Counted from the first letter of the stretch, positions 17,507 to 29,084 are shown. The stretch is DNA of 64,000 nt from Candidatus Latescibacterota bacterium (GCA_965248265.1 CBDFJF010000002.1:160001-224000); one strand, 5' to 3'. Numbers and translations: made by a program. Notes: generated from the letters alone by a model not told the origin.

Positions 17507-20002
17507 CCCAAGAGGCTTCTGGCCGGCGCTGGAGACCGTGCCCGGCTTGTCGGCCGTGGACGCGGAATGGCGCACACGCTTCGGCGATGAGTACGCGGCA
17601 GCCGAGTCGTTTCTTCGGCCCAACGGCAGGTGGGCCACTTCGCATCCCTGCACGGCTCGTCCCGGCTGCGGGTGCGCGGCCGTCTCGCCCGTCACGGTGC
17701 GTATCCGAGCCGATGACTGGGCGCGCCTCCTACCCAAGCTGAGAGGCGTGAAAACGGTCTACATTTGCCAGGACAACGAGCTCTCCCAGGCCGGCCTGAA
17801 CGGCGCCCTGCAGACCGCGCGCGTGTTGTCCGAACACGAGATTGAAACCCGCTTGGTGGTCTTGCCCCTCGACCCCGCGCAACAGGAGGCCCGTCAGGCG
17901 CTCACGGCGCGCTTCGACCTGGACGCGGCCAAACAGGTCCCAGGGAGCTGGGCCAGCGCCTACACGGGCGCCCTGAGGCGGATGTAGCGGAAGCTCAGCG
18001 TCTGCTCGCGGCCGCCAAGATCGACGTCAACGACTACTTCGTCGCTGGCCATACCCCCCAGGACTTCGAGGCCCTGCTCAGCCAAGCCACCACCCCGCTG
18101 GAAGGCGGCATCGACCGCCTGCCCACCGATACCGATGAAGAAGAGCGCAACCGGCTCTTGGAGCCCATCCTGCGCGAGGTGGCCACGCTGTCCCCGCTGG
18201 AGCAAAACCGCCACCTCAAGCGCGTGCAGGCACGCTTCGGCAAGGACCACTTATCCCTGACTACCCTGCGCGAGCAGGTGAGCGTGGAGAAAAGGGAACG
18301 CAAAGCCCAAGCCCGGCAGCAGAAACACCGCGACCAGGTCCGCGAAAAACACCTTACCGAGGCGCCGGAAGGCTCCTGTCGCGCCCGCATCGAGCAGGTG
18401 CTCATGCAGGCCGCCGAGGGCAGCGGCCCCCCCGACTACGCCCTCCTCGCCGAGGCCGCCTTCGAGTGGTTTGCAGAGCACGGCGCGCAGTTCTTCCACA
18501 CCCGCCACGGCGAGCCCTTCCTGCACTTCGACAACGCCCTCTACTGGATGAACTCGGCCGATCGCGGGCGACGGCGCCAGTACGCCGCCTGGCTCTACCA
18601 CCACACCGGAATGGTGCCGACCTCGCCCAGCGGCCGCACCTTCTTCGAGGTCCTGGCCAGCCTCGCCCTGCTCAAGGGCCAGCGACGCGAGCACTTCTCC
18701 TGGCTCCACACCGATGTCTCGAAGCACACCGTCTATTTCAACCTCAACAACGACGACGACGAGATCGTCAAGATCACCCCCGACGGCTCGCAGAAGATGA
18801 AGCCCATCCGGTTTCTGGGCGATGCCGATCTGGAAGAGGCCGACCGCAAGCTAGTGGAAGTGCTCGTCAACAACATCGCCTGTTCCAATCAAGACCGCTT
18901 TCTCATTCTTTCCTGGTTGTCCTGCTTCCTGCTGATCGACTTCACCGGCACCCGCCCCATGACCCGCTTCGAGGGACCCGCGGGCTCGGGCAAGACCACC
19001 GCCAGCAAGCTCATCTCGACGCTGCTCTACGGTAGCCCGCAGCACAAGAAGGCCACCGACGCGGCCAACTACACCGACGGCTCGCAGAACCCGCTCATCG
19101 CGCTCGACAACATCGAGGCCCGCCAGATGACCGAGGAGCTGACCACCTTCATGCTCACCAGCATCACCGGCATCGCCAAGGAGAAGCGCAAAGGCGGCAC
19201 CGAGACCGTCATCGAGCGCACCAAGTGCCTGCTCAACACCACCGGCATCGAGCCACTGCGGGGCGAGCTCTCCGAGATCCAGTCACGGACCTTCGTGATC
19301 AACTTCGACATCGCCAACCAGGGCAGCGACTGTTTCAGCGAATCGGAGATCATCGCCGACATCCAGAAGCACCGGGACCTGATCCTGTTCTCCCTCATGA
19401 AGAGAACCCGGCAAGTCCTTGCCATGATGCGCGAGGGGCGGCGGACCCAGGCCTTGAAGCTCCTGCACGAGGAGCTCGCCGATCACGACAAGCGGCGCTG
19501 CAACGAGTACCTGAGCCTGATGTACCTGATGCTGCTGGCGGGTTCCTCCGCGGAGGAAATCGAGGCCGGCATGCAGCGGCTGGTGCCCTCCTTCGTCCAG
19601 CAGATCCAATCCATCAACCGAACCAGCCGGGAGACGGCCCGGGATTCCAACCACACGGCGACCGCGCTGTCTACGCTGTTCAAGGCTTGGCGCAACGCCG
19701 TCGAGTCGGACCGGGAGATGGACCCCGACAGCCGCAGGGACACCCACGTGCAGGAGTTCGTCCAAAAGTATCAGGTCGCCTTGAGCGAAGACGAAAAGCT
19801 CGAGAACGTGCTTTCCCGCGATCTCTTCGTGGCCCTGAAGGGCGTCGCCCGGTGGCACAACGTGCGCTTCGACATGGATTCCTCCCGGCAGTTCGCCCAG
19901 CGCCTCGCCAACGATCTCGAGACCCTCGGCGAGGCCGGCTTCGGAATTCAGATCACGAAGAACCGGAACGGCATCAAGCTCTACACGATTCAGAAAACCT
20001 GA
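17496..20002 (+). pseudogene. Chimeric, frameshifted primase (TOPRIM)-helicase/ATPase fused to the N-terminus of a hypothetical protein
   Basis: 'VYICQDNE.SQAG..GA' and, after a frameshift near 17930-17980, 'KIDVNDYF' (TOPRIM), then Walker A 'GPAGSGKTT' and 'IALDNIE' in ORF 18158-20002. The primase N-terminus is missing. Confidence 0.7.
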
Positions 20003-20034
20003 AGCTGCAACCCGCTCCAATCGGCTTCCATTTC

Positions 20035-20066
20035 AGCCCGCCGGCTCTTTGCCGACGGGCTTTTTT
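20035..20066 (+). terminator. Rho-independent terminator
   Basis: AGCCCGCCGGC-tcttt-GCCGACGGGCT followed by a T-run. Confidence 0.8.
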
Positions 20067-20084
20067 GCGGTCCGGAAGGGCTTT

Positions 20085-20281
20085 GCCGAAAGGTACCTTT
20101 CGGCGCTGTAACCGTCTGAAATGCTTGGAGTTACGCCCAAGCGCCGAAAGTGCCGAAAGATCTGAGAGTCCACCCCCCCTTAGAGAGAAAAAATATCACG
20201 GCTGTTCGGAAGCAGCAGGCGCACGCTAAAAACGCGCCCCGCACGGGGAAGGAATTCCCGAAACCTTTCGGCGCTTTCGGC
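20085..20281. repeat. GCCGAAAG iteron-like cluster (putative element origin)
   Basis: Forward copies at 20085, 20143 and 20152; reverse copies at 20097, 20265 and 20274. Followed by an AT-rich/CT tract. Confidence 0.6.
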
Positions 20282-20328
20282 ATCCTTCTCTCTCTCTCTC
20301 TAACTTATTGAAAGAGAAAGAAATATAA

Positions 20329-21771
20329 GGCTCGTCAGTAGAATTCGTGGGTAAATTGTGGCTCGGGTAGATGGCCAAGCTGATGGAATGAAGCGATTTG
20401 GAGTGCATTGAAGGTGCGGAATCCGAATGCTTTTCTCACCGTCAGATTCCATTTCAGGTTCAAGCCCTCGACGATGCCGTTGTTGAACTGCTTCTTGGCC
20501 CTGAACCAATTGAGGATGAGCTCTCGATGACGACGGAGCATCCTGGCGATGTCTTTCATCGGTTCGATCTTGCTCCTCATCGTGCGGAAACACCAGCGGT
20601 CGAGGAATTTGCCGGCCCAGGCGGGGTAGGTATAGTTCCAGAAGCGCTGGAAGTCTTCCTTCAGTAGATAGGCTTTGACGGTACGCAGGTTCATCTTCAA
20701 GAGCTCGGACAGCTTCAAGCCTTGGGTGTCGCTGAGGTTCTCCTTGCGCTTGAGGAAGCACCAGCGGCTCTTGCACAGGACGGGATCTTGGCCCTCTTCT
20801 TTGAGTCTGCGGGCCTCTTCGGCACGGACTTTGTCGAGGGCCTTGCTGAAGTGCTGCATGATGTGAAAGCGGTCGAGAACGTGTACCGCCGCCGGGAGCC
20901 GCTGGTCGATGACGGTGAGGTAGGCTTTCCAGATATCACTGCAGATGACGGCAATCTGGCCGAGGAAGCTTCTCGGCTCCTGCTCGCCGGCCGCATCTTG
21001 CTTGCGCTGGTGCTCTTGCTCCAGCTCAGTAAAGCCGTCGTCCAGGGTCTTCATCGTCCGCCCTTCGCCCATCCATAACAGGCGGCGGCGGTGGGTGTCG
21101 ATCTGGTACAGCAAGGTCAGATAATGATGGCCTTTCCGATACTGGATTTCATCCACGCCGAGGGCGGTGACCTGGTCGAGACCGCGATGAGCGATGCCAT
21201 ATTCCACCACGTACTGGACGGACTGGTAGATCTTGTCCCAACTGGTGCGGAAGGAGCGGGCTACCTCCGTCCACGACAGCTTCTTGGCCCATTGCGCTAG
21301 GAAGCACCGGTAGATGTCGGTCAGGTGGTGCTTACCCGTGCTCCAGGGGACCTTCTCGACGACCACCCGGCCGCAGGCGTTGCAGGCCACCCGACGCATG
21401 GGATACACCAGAAAGACCGGGAACCCCCAGAGCGGAACGAACTCGAACCGCCGTGCATCGGTGGCCGTGTCATAGGTGGGTGACAACTGACCGCAGCCGC
21501 TGCACTCCGCCCTGGAGTTCTTTCGGGGCCGGAGGCTCACCATAATCCTTCCGTGTTCGTCAAAATGACTGCCCTCAAACACAAAACGCTTGAACTTCGT
21601 GCATCGGTTCAGTACTGTGATCAGGCGCATCATTCCCTCCAAGGTAGGTCGGGATCGGTCTTGGTCGATTGTCCCAACATACCGGGAATGATGCGCCTGT
21701 GCTATCCTCGGTCTCCTCTATGCCCGTGGGCGCAGCCGGGCTCTTTCACCCACAGATTCTCCGGAGGAGCC
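20329..21771 (-). mobile_element. ISL3-family insertion sequence
   Basis: Imperfect terminal IRs GGCTCGTCAGTAGAATTCGTGGGT / GGCTCCTCCGGAGAATCTGTGGGT (revcomp). No target duplication visible. Confidence 0.88.
20335..21633 (-). CDS. ISL3-family transposase
   Basis: Zn-finger CSGC...CNAC, 'LGVDE', 'CSDIW', 'DRFH', 'NGIVEGLN' and 'RKAFGFR'. Confidence 0.93.
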   Translation of the reverse strand: MMRLITVLNRCTKFKRFVFEGSHFDEHGRIMVSLRPRKNSRAECSGCGQLSPTYDTATDARRFEFVPLWGFPVFLVYPMRRVACNACGRVVVEKVPWSTGKHHLTDIYRCFLAQWAKKLSWTEVARSFRTSWDKIYQSVQYVVEYGIAHRGLDQVTALGVDEIQYRKGHHYLTLLYQIDTHRRRLLWMGEGRTMKTLDDGFTELEQEHQRKQDAAGEQEPRSFLGQIAVICSDIWKAYLTVIDQRLPAAVHVLDRFHIMQHFSKALDKVRAEEARRLKEEGQDPVLCKSRWCFLKRKENLSDTQGLKLSELLKMNLRTVKAYLLKEDFQRFWNYTYPAWAGKFLDRWCFRTMRSKIEPMKDIARMLRRHRELILNWFRAKKQFNNGIVEGLNLKWNLTVRKAFGFRTFNALQIASFHQLGHLPEPQFTHEFY

Positions 21772-21789
21772 TCAGGAGAGGCGTGAGGA

Positions 21790-22545
21790 ATGACCGACAA
21801 CGCCGGGGCCTCGCAGGCCGTCATCCAGGCTTTCTTTCGCCTCCAGCTCGTCGAGGCCATGGACGGGACCTTGTTCCGGCGGCTCTGTGAGCGATGGACT
21901 ACGGAGTCGCGCGGCCCTCCTGGCCCGAGGACGCGGAGAGCCGGGCCGCTCGCCTAGCCGCCCTGCCCCGGGAGCTGGCCGCTGAAATGGAGGAGTTGAT
22001 GCGTTATCCGGCCGAATCGGCCGGCCAACTCATGGATACCTCGGTGACCGTCTTCAGCGCCGAGGAGACCGCGAGGAGGCCCTCGCCCGCATCCGCTCCT
22101 CGCCCCCCGCGGCGCATCCACGACCTGTGCGTGGTCAACTCCGACGGGCGGCTGATCGCGGTGCTCCCGCTCCAGGAAGTGGTGGAACTGTTGGAGTACC
22201 ACAAACTGGCCTCCCTGCCCGTGGTTAGTTTTGAGGGTCGGCTGCGAGGGATCATCCGGCACGACGCCTTGGTGGAGGCCGCCCAGCAGGAGGCCAGCGA
22301 AAACCTGCAGACGATGGTCGAAGCGGGCCGGGAGGAACACGCCCTGTTGGGGCCGGTGCTGGCCGTGCGCAAGCGGCTGCCCTGGCTACAGGTCACAATC
22401 TGGCCACGGCCTTTCTAGCCGCTTCGGTGGTGGCCCTTTTCGAGGGTACCATAGCCCAGTTCACGGCTCTGGCCGTCTTTTTGCCGGTAGTCGCCGGCCA
22501 ATCTGGCAATACCGGAGCTCAGGCTCTGGCCGTGACCATGCGTAC
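21790..22545 (+). pseudogene. mgtE: Magnesium transporter MgtE, decayed
   Basis: 'YPAESAGQLM', CBS remnants and 'VRKRLPWL', then frameshifted '[47 protein letters not shown]'. Confidence 0.85.
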
Positions 22546-22864
22546 GAGTTGAGATCCCGTCCGATCTTCAAGGGCAAGAAATGCAATTACCAGGTCTCTG
22601 TCACGGCGGGCAGCGTCGCTGGTTGGATTCCTCGAAGAGTCGGTTACCCTCGGCAGCATCATACATACCGACGGTTGGGGCGGCTACCGTCCCCTCGCGA
22701 CCACGGGCTATGACCACAGGCGCAGGACGCAAGGACGGGCGACGAACCGATGGCGGCCTTTCAGTCGCCCCTCGGACTCACCAGCCAGCACGAACAGACC
22801 ACATATATCATGTTGTATGGTTGTATGATGGTGAACAAACCGAATAGGCCCAAGTCCTTCTTAG

Positions 22865-23130
22865 GTCGAAAATCTCTGGAGGATTACAAACAACGCTGGG
22901 ATTGAAGTGCTTTTCGCAGCCCTGAAAAGCCGTGGCTTCGATCTGGAGCAAAACCATCTCATTCACATCGAACGCATCGAAAAACTCATCGCAACTTTTG
23001 GCTATTGCCTTTACTTGGGCCCATCTTGTGAGGGAGTGGATCGCTCAAACCCAACCGCTCAAGATCAAAAAACACGGACGCAAAGAGAAAAGACGGGTTG
23101 GATCGTCTGCAGTATGTGTTGCTCCTGGAT
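22865..23130 (+). pseudogene. IS4-family transposase C-terminal remnant
   Basis: 'YKQRW..EVLFAALKSRGFDLEQ.H' and frameshifted 'AFTWAHLV...KIKKHGR'. Confidence 0.7.
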
Positions 23131-23241
23131 CCTTTATAGGCAAGGTCAAATTAAGAGGCAAGGTCAAATTAAGGCTTGTCGTGTCCTGCATCTATATTGT
23201 AATTTATCAGATCGAGAGATTGACTGAACCATGGAGGGTCT

Positions 23242-25965
23242 GTGCAAAGGAGAATAGATACAAACATAGCATCATTCCCGGCCAGTTTGATACGCCCATT
23301 CGGGACGACTGTCCTGAGTCTCGTCCTTGTCGGTTCGCTCCTCGTCGGGAAGGCAGCATGGTCTGAGGAGGCTGAAGAATCAGAGACGGTTGCAGAAGAA
23401 ACCGCCTTTCAGGAAGAGGCTACCGGCAAGGGAGGGGCTGACACCACCGTCGTCTACACCCTCGAAGAAATAGTGGTCGTCGGGTCTCGGCATGCACCGC
23501 GCTCTGTGAAGGAATCGGCCGCGCCCGTGGACGTGCTGCATGCGGCAGAGCTGCGCACCCAGGCCGCCGTCGATATGGATGACATCCTGCGCAATCTGGT
23601 CCCGTCGTACAATATCCAGAAACACGGCATTGACGACGAAGCGACCCTGGTGCGCCCCGCCACCCTCCGGGGCCTGCCGCCGGACAACCTGCTGGTGCTG
23701 GTCGATGGCAAGCGCCGCCATCGCTCCGGCGTGATCGCGCTGCTGGGCAGTTCGCTCAATGCGGGCTCGCAGGGACCCGATCTGAGCGTGATTCCGATCA
23801 TTGCCATCGAGCAGATGGAGATTCTCCGCGACGGGGCCGCGGCGCAGTACGGCTCCGACGCCATCGCCGGCGTGCTGAACATGAGACTGCGCAACGCCGC
23901 CCAAGGAGTGTTGCTGGAGATACGCGGTGGCCAGTACTTCGAGGGCGACGGCCGCCTCACCCAGGCCGCCGCCAACGTCGGTCTGCCGCTGACCCAGGAC
24001 GGGTTCTTCAACTTCAGCCTCGAGTACCGCCAGCTCGATCCGACCATACGTAGCGGCACCCGCGCCAATGCCGCGACCCTGAGCGAGCGAGGCTATCCCG
24101 TCGAAGACCCGGCGCAGATCTGGGGCAGCCCCGACGTCGACGGCGCCTGGAACACCTTCTTCAACGCCGGGGTCGATCTCGGCAACGGGGCTGAAGCCTA
24201 CGGCTTTGGCGGCTGGGCCAAGCGCCAGACCGAGGGGGGATTCTTCTTCCGCGCTCCGGGCACCTCCTCGGCGCGCGGCGGCGTCTTTCGCGTCGGCAAT
24301 GAACGGGCTGTCGCCGATCTCGACCTCGACGACGACATCGACCCCTCGACCGTGGACGTGCCCTCCCTGGACGCCAGCTTCGAGGAGGTCCAGGCTTTCG
24401 TCGACCGCTACCAGGGCGATCTATTCCTCTTCAACGAGCGCTTTCCCGGCGGGTTCACGCCGCGCTTCGGCGCCGACATCCGCGATCTGAGTCTGGTGGC
24501 CGGGCTGCGCGGCCAACGGGACAGCGGCCTCAAGTGGGACGCCAGCGTCAGCGCCGCCCGCAGCAACATCGAGTTCTTCATCTTCAACACCATCAACGCC
24601 TCGCTGGGGCCGGCTACGTCGACCTCGTTCCGCCCGCGCGACTACATCCAGACCGAAGTAGCGGCCGACCTCGACTTCTCCTACGCCGTGGGGGTGGGCG
24701 CCCTGGCCTCGCCCCTCGACGTCGCCTGGGGCGCGGAATGGCGCCAGGAGACCTTCGAGTCGGTGGCCGGCGATCTGGCCTCGTACCAGGCCGGCCCTTT
24801 CTCCGATCAGGGCTTCAGCATCGGTTCCAACGGCTACCAGGGGCTACATCCGAGGAACGCCGGCAAGTGGAGTCGCCCGAACTATGCCCTCTACCTGGAT
24901 ATACAGGCGGATGTGGCACCGCCGCTACAGCTGGGCCTGGCGGTGCGTTACGAGGACTTCTACAAGGACTTCGGCAATACCCTCAACGGCAAGCTCTCGG
25001 CCCTGTGGCGGGCTACCGACCGGGTCACCCTGCGCTCGACGGCCAACACCGGCTTCCGCGCCCCATCGCCCGGCCCGGCCAACTTCACCGCCGTGACCAC
25101 CAGCTTCTCCGGCCTCGGCGGTCTGACCGAACAGGGGCAGGTGCCGCCCACCCATCCCATCGCCGCGGCCCTGGGCGGCGTGGCGCTCACCGAGGAGGAG
25201 TCCGTGGGCTTCTCGGTCGGCACCGCCGTGGAACTCACCGACGAACTCGAGCTAACCCTCGACTACTTCGACATCTCCGTCAAGGACCGCATCTCCCTGA
25301 CCGGGAACATCGAGATTACGGAGGAGATCTCCCGGCTGATCCAGGAGAAGGAGGCCCTGAAGGGGGTCAGCGTTCTCCAGGAAATCAAGTTCTTCTCCAA
25401 CGACTTCGACACCGGCACCCGGGGCATCGACCTGGTGCTGTCCTGGAGGCGGGTCTGGGACAGCCAGTCCTTGTCAACCGTCGACTTCGCCTGGAACTGG
25501 ACCACCACCAACCTCGATGGCTTTTCGCAGGTGCGGCGAGTCACCGAGTTCCTCGGTACGTCCTTGGACGAGCCGATCGACGTCAGCCTGTTGACGCGCC
25601 GGCGCCAGGTGGAACTGGAGCAGATGAACCCCGAGCACCGCCTGGTGCTCACCGGCCGCCATCAGTTGGGTTCCTGGAACGCCATGCTGCGGCCCAGCTA
25701 TTTCGGCGACTGGAAGGCCTGCCGCTTCCAGGCCAATAGCTGTGGCGACCTCGATTCCTTCGACGGGAGCGTCATCGTCGACGCCGAAGCCGGCTACGCC
25801 ATAAACGAGCGCTACCGGTTGGGGTTGGGGGTGCAGAATATGTTCGACTCAGCGCCCGATGCCGCCCCCGAGGAGACGGCGGGCCAGGGCAATCTGCGCC
25901 CGGCGAGCACCCCCTGGGATTACAACGGCGCCTTCTGGTACACGCGCTTGTTTGTGGAATTTTAG
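23242..25965 (+). CDS. TonB-dependent receptor
   Basis: Signal peptide, TonB box 'LEEIVVVGSR', plug 'LRGL...LVLVDGKR' and 'EILRDGAAAQYGSDAIAGVLN', 'TGFRAPS', terminal F. Confidence 0.95.
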   Translation: MQRRIDTNIASFPASLIRPFGTTVLSLVLVGSLLVGKAAWSEEAEESETVAEETAFQEEATGKGGADTTVVYTLEEIVVVGSRHAPRSVKESAAPVDVLHAAELRTQAAVDMDDILRNLVPSYNIQKHGIDDEATLVRPATLRGLPPDNLLVLVDGKRRHRSGVIALLGSSLNAGSQGPDLSVIPIIAIEQMEILRDGAAAQYGSDAIAGVLNMRLRNAAQGVLLEIRGGQYFEGDGRLTQAAANVGLPLTQDGFFNFSLEYRQLDPTIRSGTRANAATLSERGYPVEDPAQIWGSPDVDGAWNTFFNAGVDLGNGAEAYGFGGWAKRQTEGGFFFRAPGTSSARGGVFRVGNERAVADLDLDDDIDPSTVDVPSLDASFEEVQAFVDRYQGDLFLFNERFPGGFTPRFGADIRDLSLVAGLRGQRDSGLKWDASVSAARSNIEFFIFNTINASLGPATSTSFRPRDYIQTEVAADLDFSYAVGVGALASPLDVAWGAEWRQETFESVAGDLASYQAGPFSDQGFSIGSNGYQGLHPRNAGKWSRPNYALYLDIQADVAPPLQLGLAVRYEDFYKDFGNTLNGKLSALWRATDRVTLRSTANTGFRAPSPGPANFTAVTTSFSGLGGLTEQGQVPPTHPIAAALGGVALTEEESVGFSVGTAVELTDELELTLDYFDISVKDRISLTGNIEITEEISRLIQEKEALKGVSVLQEIKFFSNDFDTGTRGIDLVLSWRRVWDSQSLSTVDFAWNWTTTNLDGFSQVRRVTEFLGTSLDEPIDVSLLTRRRQVELEQMNPEHRLVLTGRHQLGSWNAMLRPSYFGDWKACRFQANSCGDLDSFDGSVIVDAEAGYAINERYRLGLGVQNMFDSAPDAAPEETAGQGNLRPASTPWDYNGAFWYTRLFVEF

Positions 25966-26136
25966 GGTGGAATTGGAAAGCTGCGGGGTCGCCGTGGGAT
26001 GGTGGGCACAGTATCGGTGCCCATGTATTGGCCAGGAAGTGGAAAGTGTCTGAAGGGGAAATCAGGGGGTGGGGATGCCGCTTCGCTAGGCGCGGACCTG
26101 CACGTGGGATCGGTGGTCCAGGCTACGCATCCGGAG

Positions 26137-27327
26137 TTACTCGTACCACGACAGCACCTTGCCCGGGTAATAGGTCCCGCTACCCCTGCCCACGGCGGGG
26201 TAGTAAGGAGGCGTCTGGGATACCAGCCGTTCGTCATACTCGAGATCCAGGACTTTGTTTCCGAGGGTGCCCTCTGTTTTCTGAGCGATCCCCCCGACCA
26301 CGGTCAGCGTGCCAGCAGAGACCGAACTGCTATGAACCGTGACCTGCCCCAGCGCCAGCATGGTGGCGTGGATCACCCGATCTTGAAAAGGGCTCGAATC
26401 TCCGACGACGATATCCTTCTCGCTGATAAGACCGAGAAAGGTGTTCGTGTTCTTTTTCGTCAGGTCGTTGTAGATAGAGATCTCCTGATCGGACACCACG
26501 GTGACCTGGCCGTCCAGTCTACCCCCAACGTGGATCGGCGTGGTGCTGTGAATCACACCGTTCGAGGGTAACGGAACTGTCTGTGCCGTAACTCCCGTCG
26601 CAGCGTAATAAACGTAGTTATCTTGAAAATTGATATAGACCTTCTTCCCAGTGGTCGTAGTTCCCGCGTAGAATTGCACGTCACTGAGACCCGCCGTAGT
26701 CGCCAGATAGTTGAGGTCGGCCGCCGTGGGGAAGGAGACCGAGTCGGTGACGGCGAAAGAGCCGTTTCCGAGAAACTGCGGCAGGTCGGTGGAGTCGGCG
26801 GGAGGGGAGGGACTGAGGGCCCACATGTTCGGGCTGGTCACCGGTCCGGTAAAAACAGGATGCCCTTCTATGGTCAACCTGCCGTTGGTGTGGATCGGGC
26901 CAAAGAGGGTGTCTCCGTCTGTGTACTTGAGGTCGGAATCGGTGAAATAGGCATACTCGGAAAACCGTCTGCGCCGCCACGTGACAACCTTCTCAACCTC
27001 GACCCCACCCATCATCCCTGCGGATGTGACCACGAAGACCAGGGTGTCGCTCCCTACAACGCTCACAGAGTCGGCCTTCACCGTAACGACAGAGGTTCCA
27101 CCCAACATATCTCTTCTGTCGCCCCCCCATCCACGCCAGTCGGAGTCTTTAACCAGTTCGCACAGGGCCATACGTGCCCCACTACTGGCGATCTCGCCGG
27201 CCTGGGCGCGGTGGTATTGGTTCACGACTCCATCGACGAAGGCTTCCCCCACCTCGTTAAGATTGCTCTGGACCGCGCCGAAAGCGAAGACGAAGCCAGC
27301 GATGACAATTAAGCTGTATTTACCCAT
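26137..27327 (-). CDS. Hypothetical protein with PilX-like N-terminus (DUF4900-like)
   Basis: Start MGKYSLIVIAGFVFAF, then 'AGEIASSGARMAL', 'FSEYAYFTD...GPIHTNG', 'LGLISEKDI' and 'YDERL...PPYYP...SWYE'. Confidence 0.65.
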   Translation of the reverse strand: MGKYSLIVIAGFVFAFGAVQSNLNEVGEAFVDGVVNQYHRAQAGEIASSGARMALCELVKDSDWRGWGGDRRDMLGGTSVVTVKADSVSVVGSDTLVFVVTSAGMMGGVEVEKVVTWRRRRFSEYAYFTDSDLKYTDGDTLFGPIHTNGRLTIEGHPVFTGPVTSPNMWALSPSPPADSTDLPQFLGNGSFAVTDSVSFPTAADLNYLATTAGLSDVQFYAGTTTTGKKVYINFQDNYVYYAATGVTAQTVPLPSNGVIHSTTPIHVGGRLDGQVTVVSDQEISIYNDLTKKNTNTFLGLISEKDIVVGDSSPFQDRVIHATMLALGQVTVHSSSVSAGTLTVVGGIAQKTEGTLGNKVLDLEYDERLVSQTPPYYPAVGRGSGTYYPGKVLSWYE

Positions 27328-27342
27328 GTCTTGGCTGCGTCT

Positions 27343-28330
27343 CCATACGCCCTGAACTCGTTGGCCCGTTGGACGCCCGCCACGGCTGGTTCGCCGCCGG
27401 ACGTTCCAAGCTCGCGGGGCGTCCGCGTTGGGTCGGTGGTGCGGGTGGCACTTTGCGGGGACGCTGGCTGGCGATGAAATCCTGATAGCGCATCGGTGCG
27501 TGACCGACCGCCAGTTCGAGCACGCGATAGAACACCATGCCGCGGCTGCGGGAGCGGTTGAAGCGGACGAACTCGTCGAGATAGCTGACCAGGTGGGCGT
27601 CGTCGACGGAGCCCTGGTGGGGTCCCCAGGAGCCAACGCTTGGCCAGCGAGGCAACCCGATGCACGGCGGGCAACAGCTTGTTGGGATCGTCACCAAGAG
27701 CGCGATCGGCGCTGATCGTGCACGTAGCCGAGTTGCGCCAGTCCTTGATAGGGCGGCCAACCATCGGTGACGATCGTGGCGCCGGCTCGACGTGATCCAT
27801 CACGAAGGCGTGCAAGGACTCGGCAGACGCATCGGCCAGCGGCGAGATCCGACACCGACCGAGCCCCTTGGGCTCCTGGACCTCTACCGCGATACCGGTC
27901 AGCACCTTCTTGCCCTTGGCGCGGCCCCCTGCCAACCCTGGCTCAGCGCCGCCGATGTAGGTCTCGTCCACCTGCACTTTCCCCGGTAAGCAACTCACGA
28001 CCAGGACGCACCAACACCGACCGCAGTCGGTGCAGCATCGCCCAGGCCGTCTGGTAGAAGCCAATCTCCAGCACCCGCTTCAAGCTCAACGCCGAGATCC
28101 CATCCTTGCCGGTGGCGAACAACCAGCAGGCGGTGAACCACACCGTCAGCGGCGTCCGGGTCCGGTCGAAGATCGTACCTGAGGTCACCAAACTGCGCGT
28201 CCTGCACGCCGAGCACTTGAACCGGCCATCGCCCAGGTGCCAGCCGTCCTCGTGTCCACAGGTCGGACACACGAAGCCGTCTCGCCACCGCAGCCACTCC
28301 AGATAGTCCAGCACGAGGATGATCCATGCT
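27343..28330 (-). pseudogene. IS1595-family transposase, multiply frameshifted
   Basis: 'YLEWLRWRDGFVCPTC', 'GTIFDRTRTPLTVWF', 'TAWAMLHRLR', 'VDETYIGG' and 'YLDEFV.RFNR' spread over several frames. Confidence 0.88.
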
Positions 28331-28744
28331 TCACAAGATACCCCAAGTCTGGTTAAATGGATACCCCTAAGGCGTTCCATCAAAGGAGTGGCGTGTTCGC
28401 CCCAGTGCTCTTTTACGTACAGCATAGAGATCGGCTAGGGATATCTGGCCGTGCTGAGTTGGGTTTTCCTGGCCAACATGGTGGTTGGGTGGCGAGTCCC
28501 GTTGGACTCAAGCTGCGCAATAGATCGTACGGCGCTTCCTGGGTAGCTATCCACCTGATGCTGGCCGCTGACGGTCGTCCTGGGTCTCTTTCACGGCTAT
28601 ATCGCGCTTTATTACAAGTAGCGAGCACTCACTGGTTGTCCCGTTGTCGGGGTCATTAAGACCTGCACGACATCAGGCGATGCGGCCGGAGGCGACCCGT
28701 TCCAGCACGCACCTCGCGCAGGCCTCTGCCGTCGGATGCTCGTC

Positions 28745-28844
28745 CCTGGTCCAGCGGGCGCTCGGGCATCGCGACCTCTCGACCACCCAGGTCTATACGC
28801 ACCTGGTCGACGACGCCCTCGAGGACGCCATCGAGCGGCTCTGA
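28745..28844 (+). pseudogene. Tyrosine recombinase C-terminal remnant (paralog of 46333-47239)
   Basis: 'VQRALGHRDLSTTQVYTHLVDDALEDAIERL'. Confidence 0.85.
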
Positions 28845-28867
28845 GTCCTCGCACGTCGCCGGGAAAG

Positions 28868-28891
28868 AGCGGTCCTGCGGGGCCGCTTTTT
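28868..28891 (+). terminator. Terminator after the integrase remnant
   Basis: AGCGGTCC-tgc-GGGGCCGCT plus a T-run. An equivalent hairpin is at 47260. Confidence 0.65.
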
Positions 28892-28925
28892 CATTCCCGC
28901 GCTGGGACAGGCACTCACAGAGGCT

Positions 28926-29051
28926 GGGGACAGTCACCTGACAGTCCCCTCCCTGAACACAATGGGTGGGTGCGAGCCGGACAGCATCGGAGCCTTCCCA
29001 CGGCAACCGGAAGGATGGATTGACGAATCCTTCCGCCTCTCGCGGAGGATT
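28926..29051. ncRNA. Candidate structured non-coding element, copy 1
   Basis: Three hairpins positionally conserved with 47310-47438, with compensatory changes. Invariant GAGCCGGACAGCATCGGAGCCTTCC. Transcription not shown. Confidence 0.45.
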
Positions 29052-29056
29052 CTTGA

Positions 29057-29084
29057 ACGTCAGAGAACACGTCTTATCGGACAT
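29057..29084. other. dif/Xer-like 11-6-11 recombination site, copy 1
   Basis: ACGTCAGAGAA-CACGTC-TTATCGGACAT; the arms are 8/11 inverted. Confidence 0.5.
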
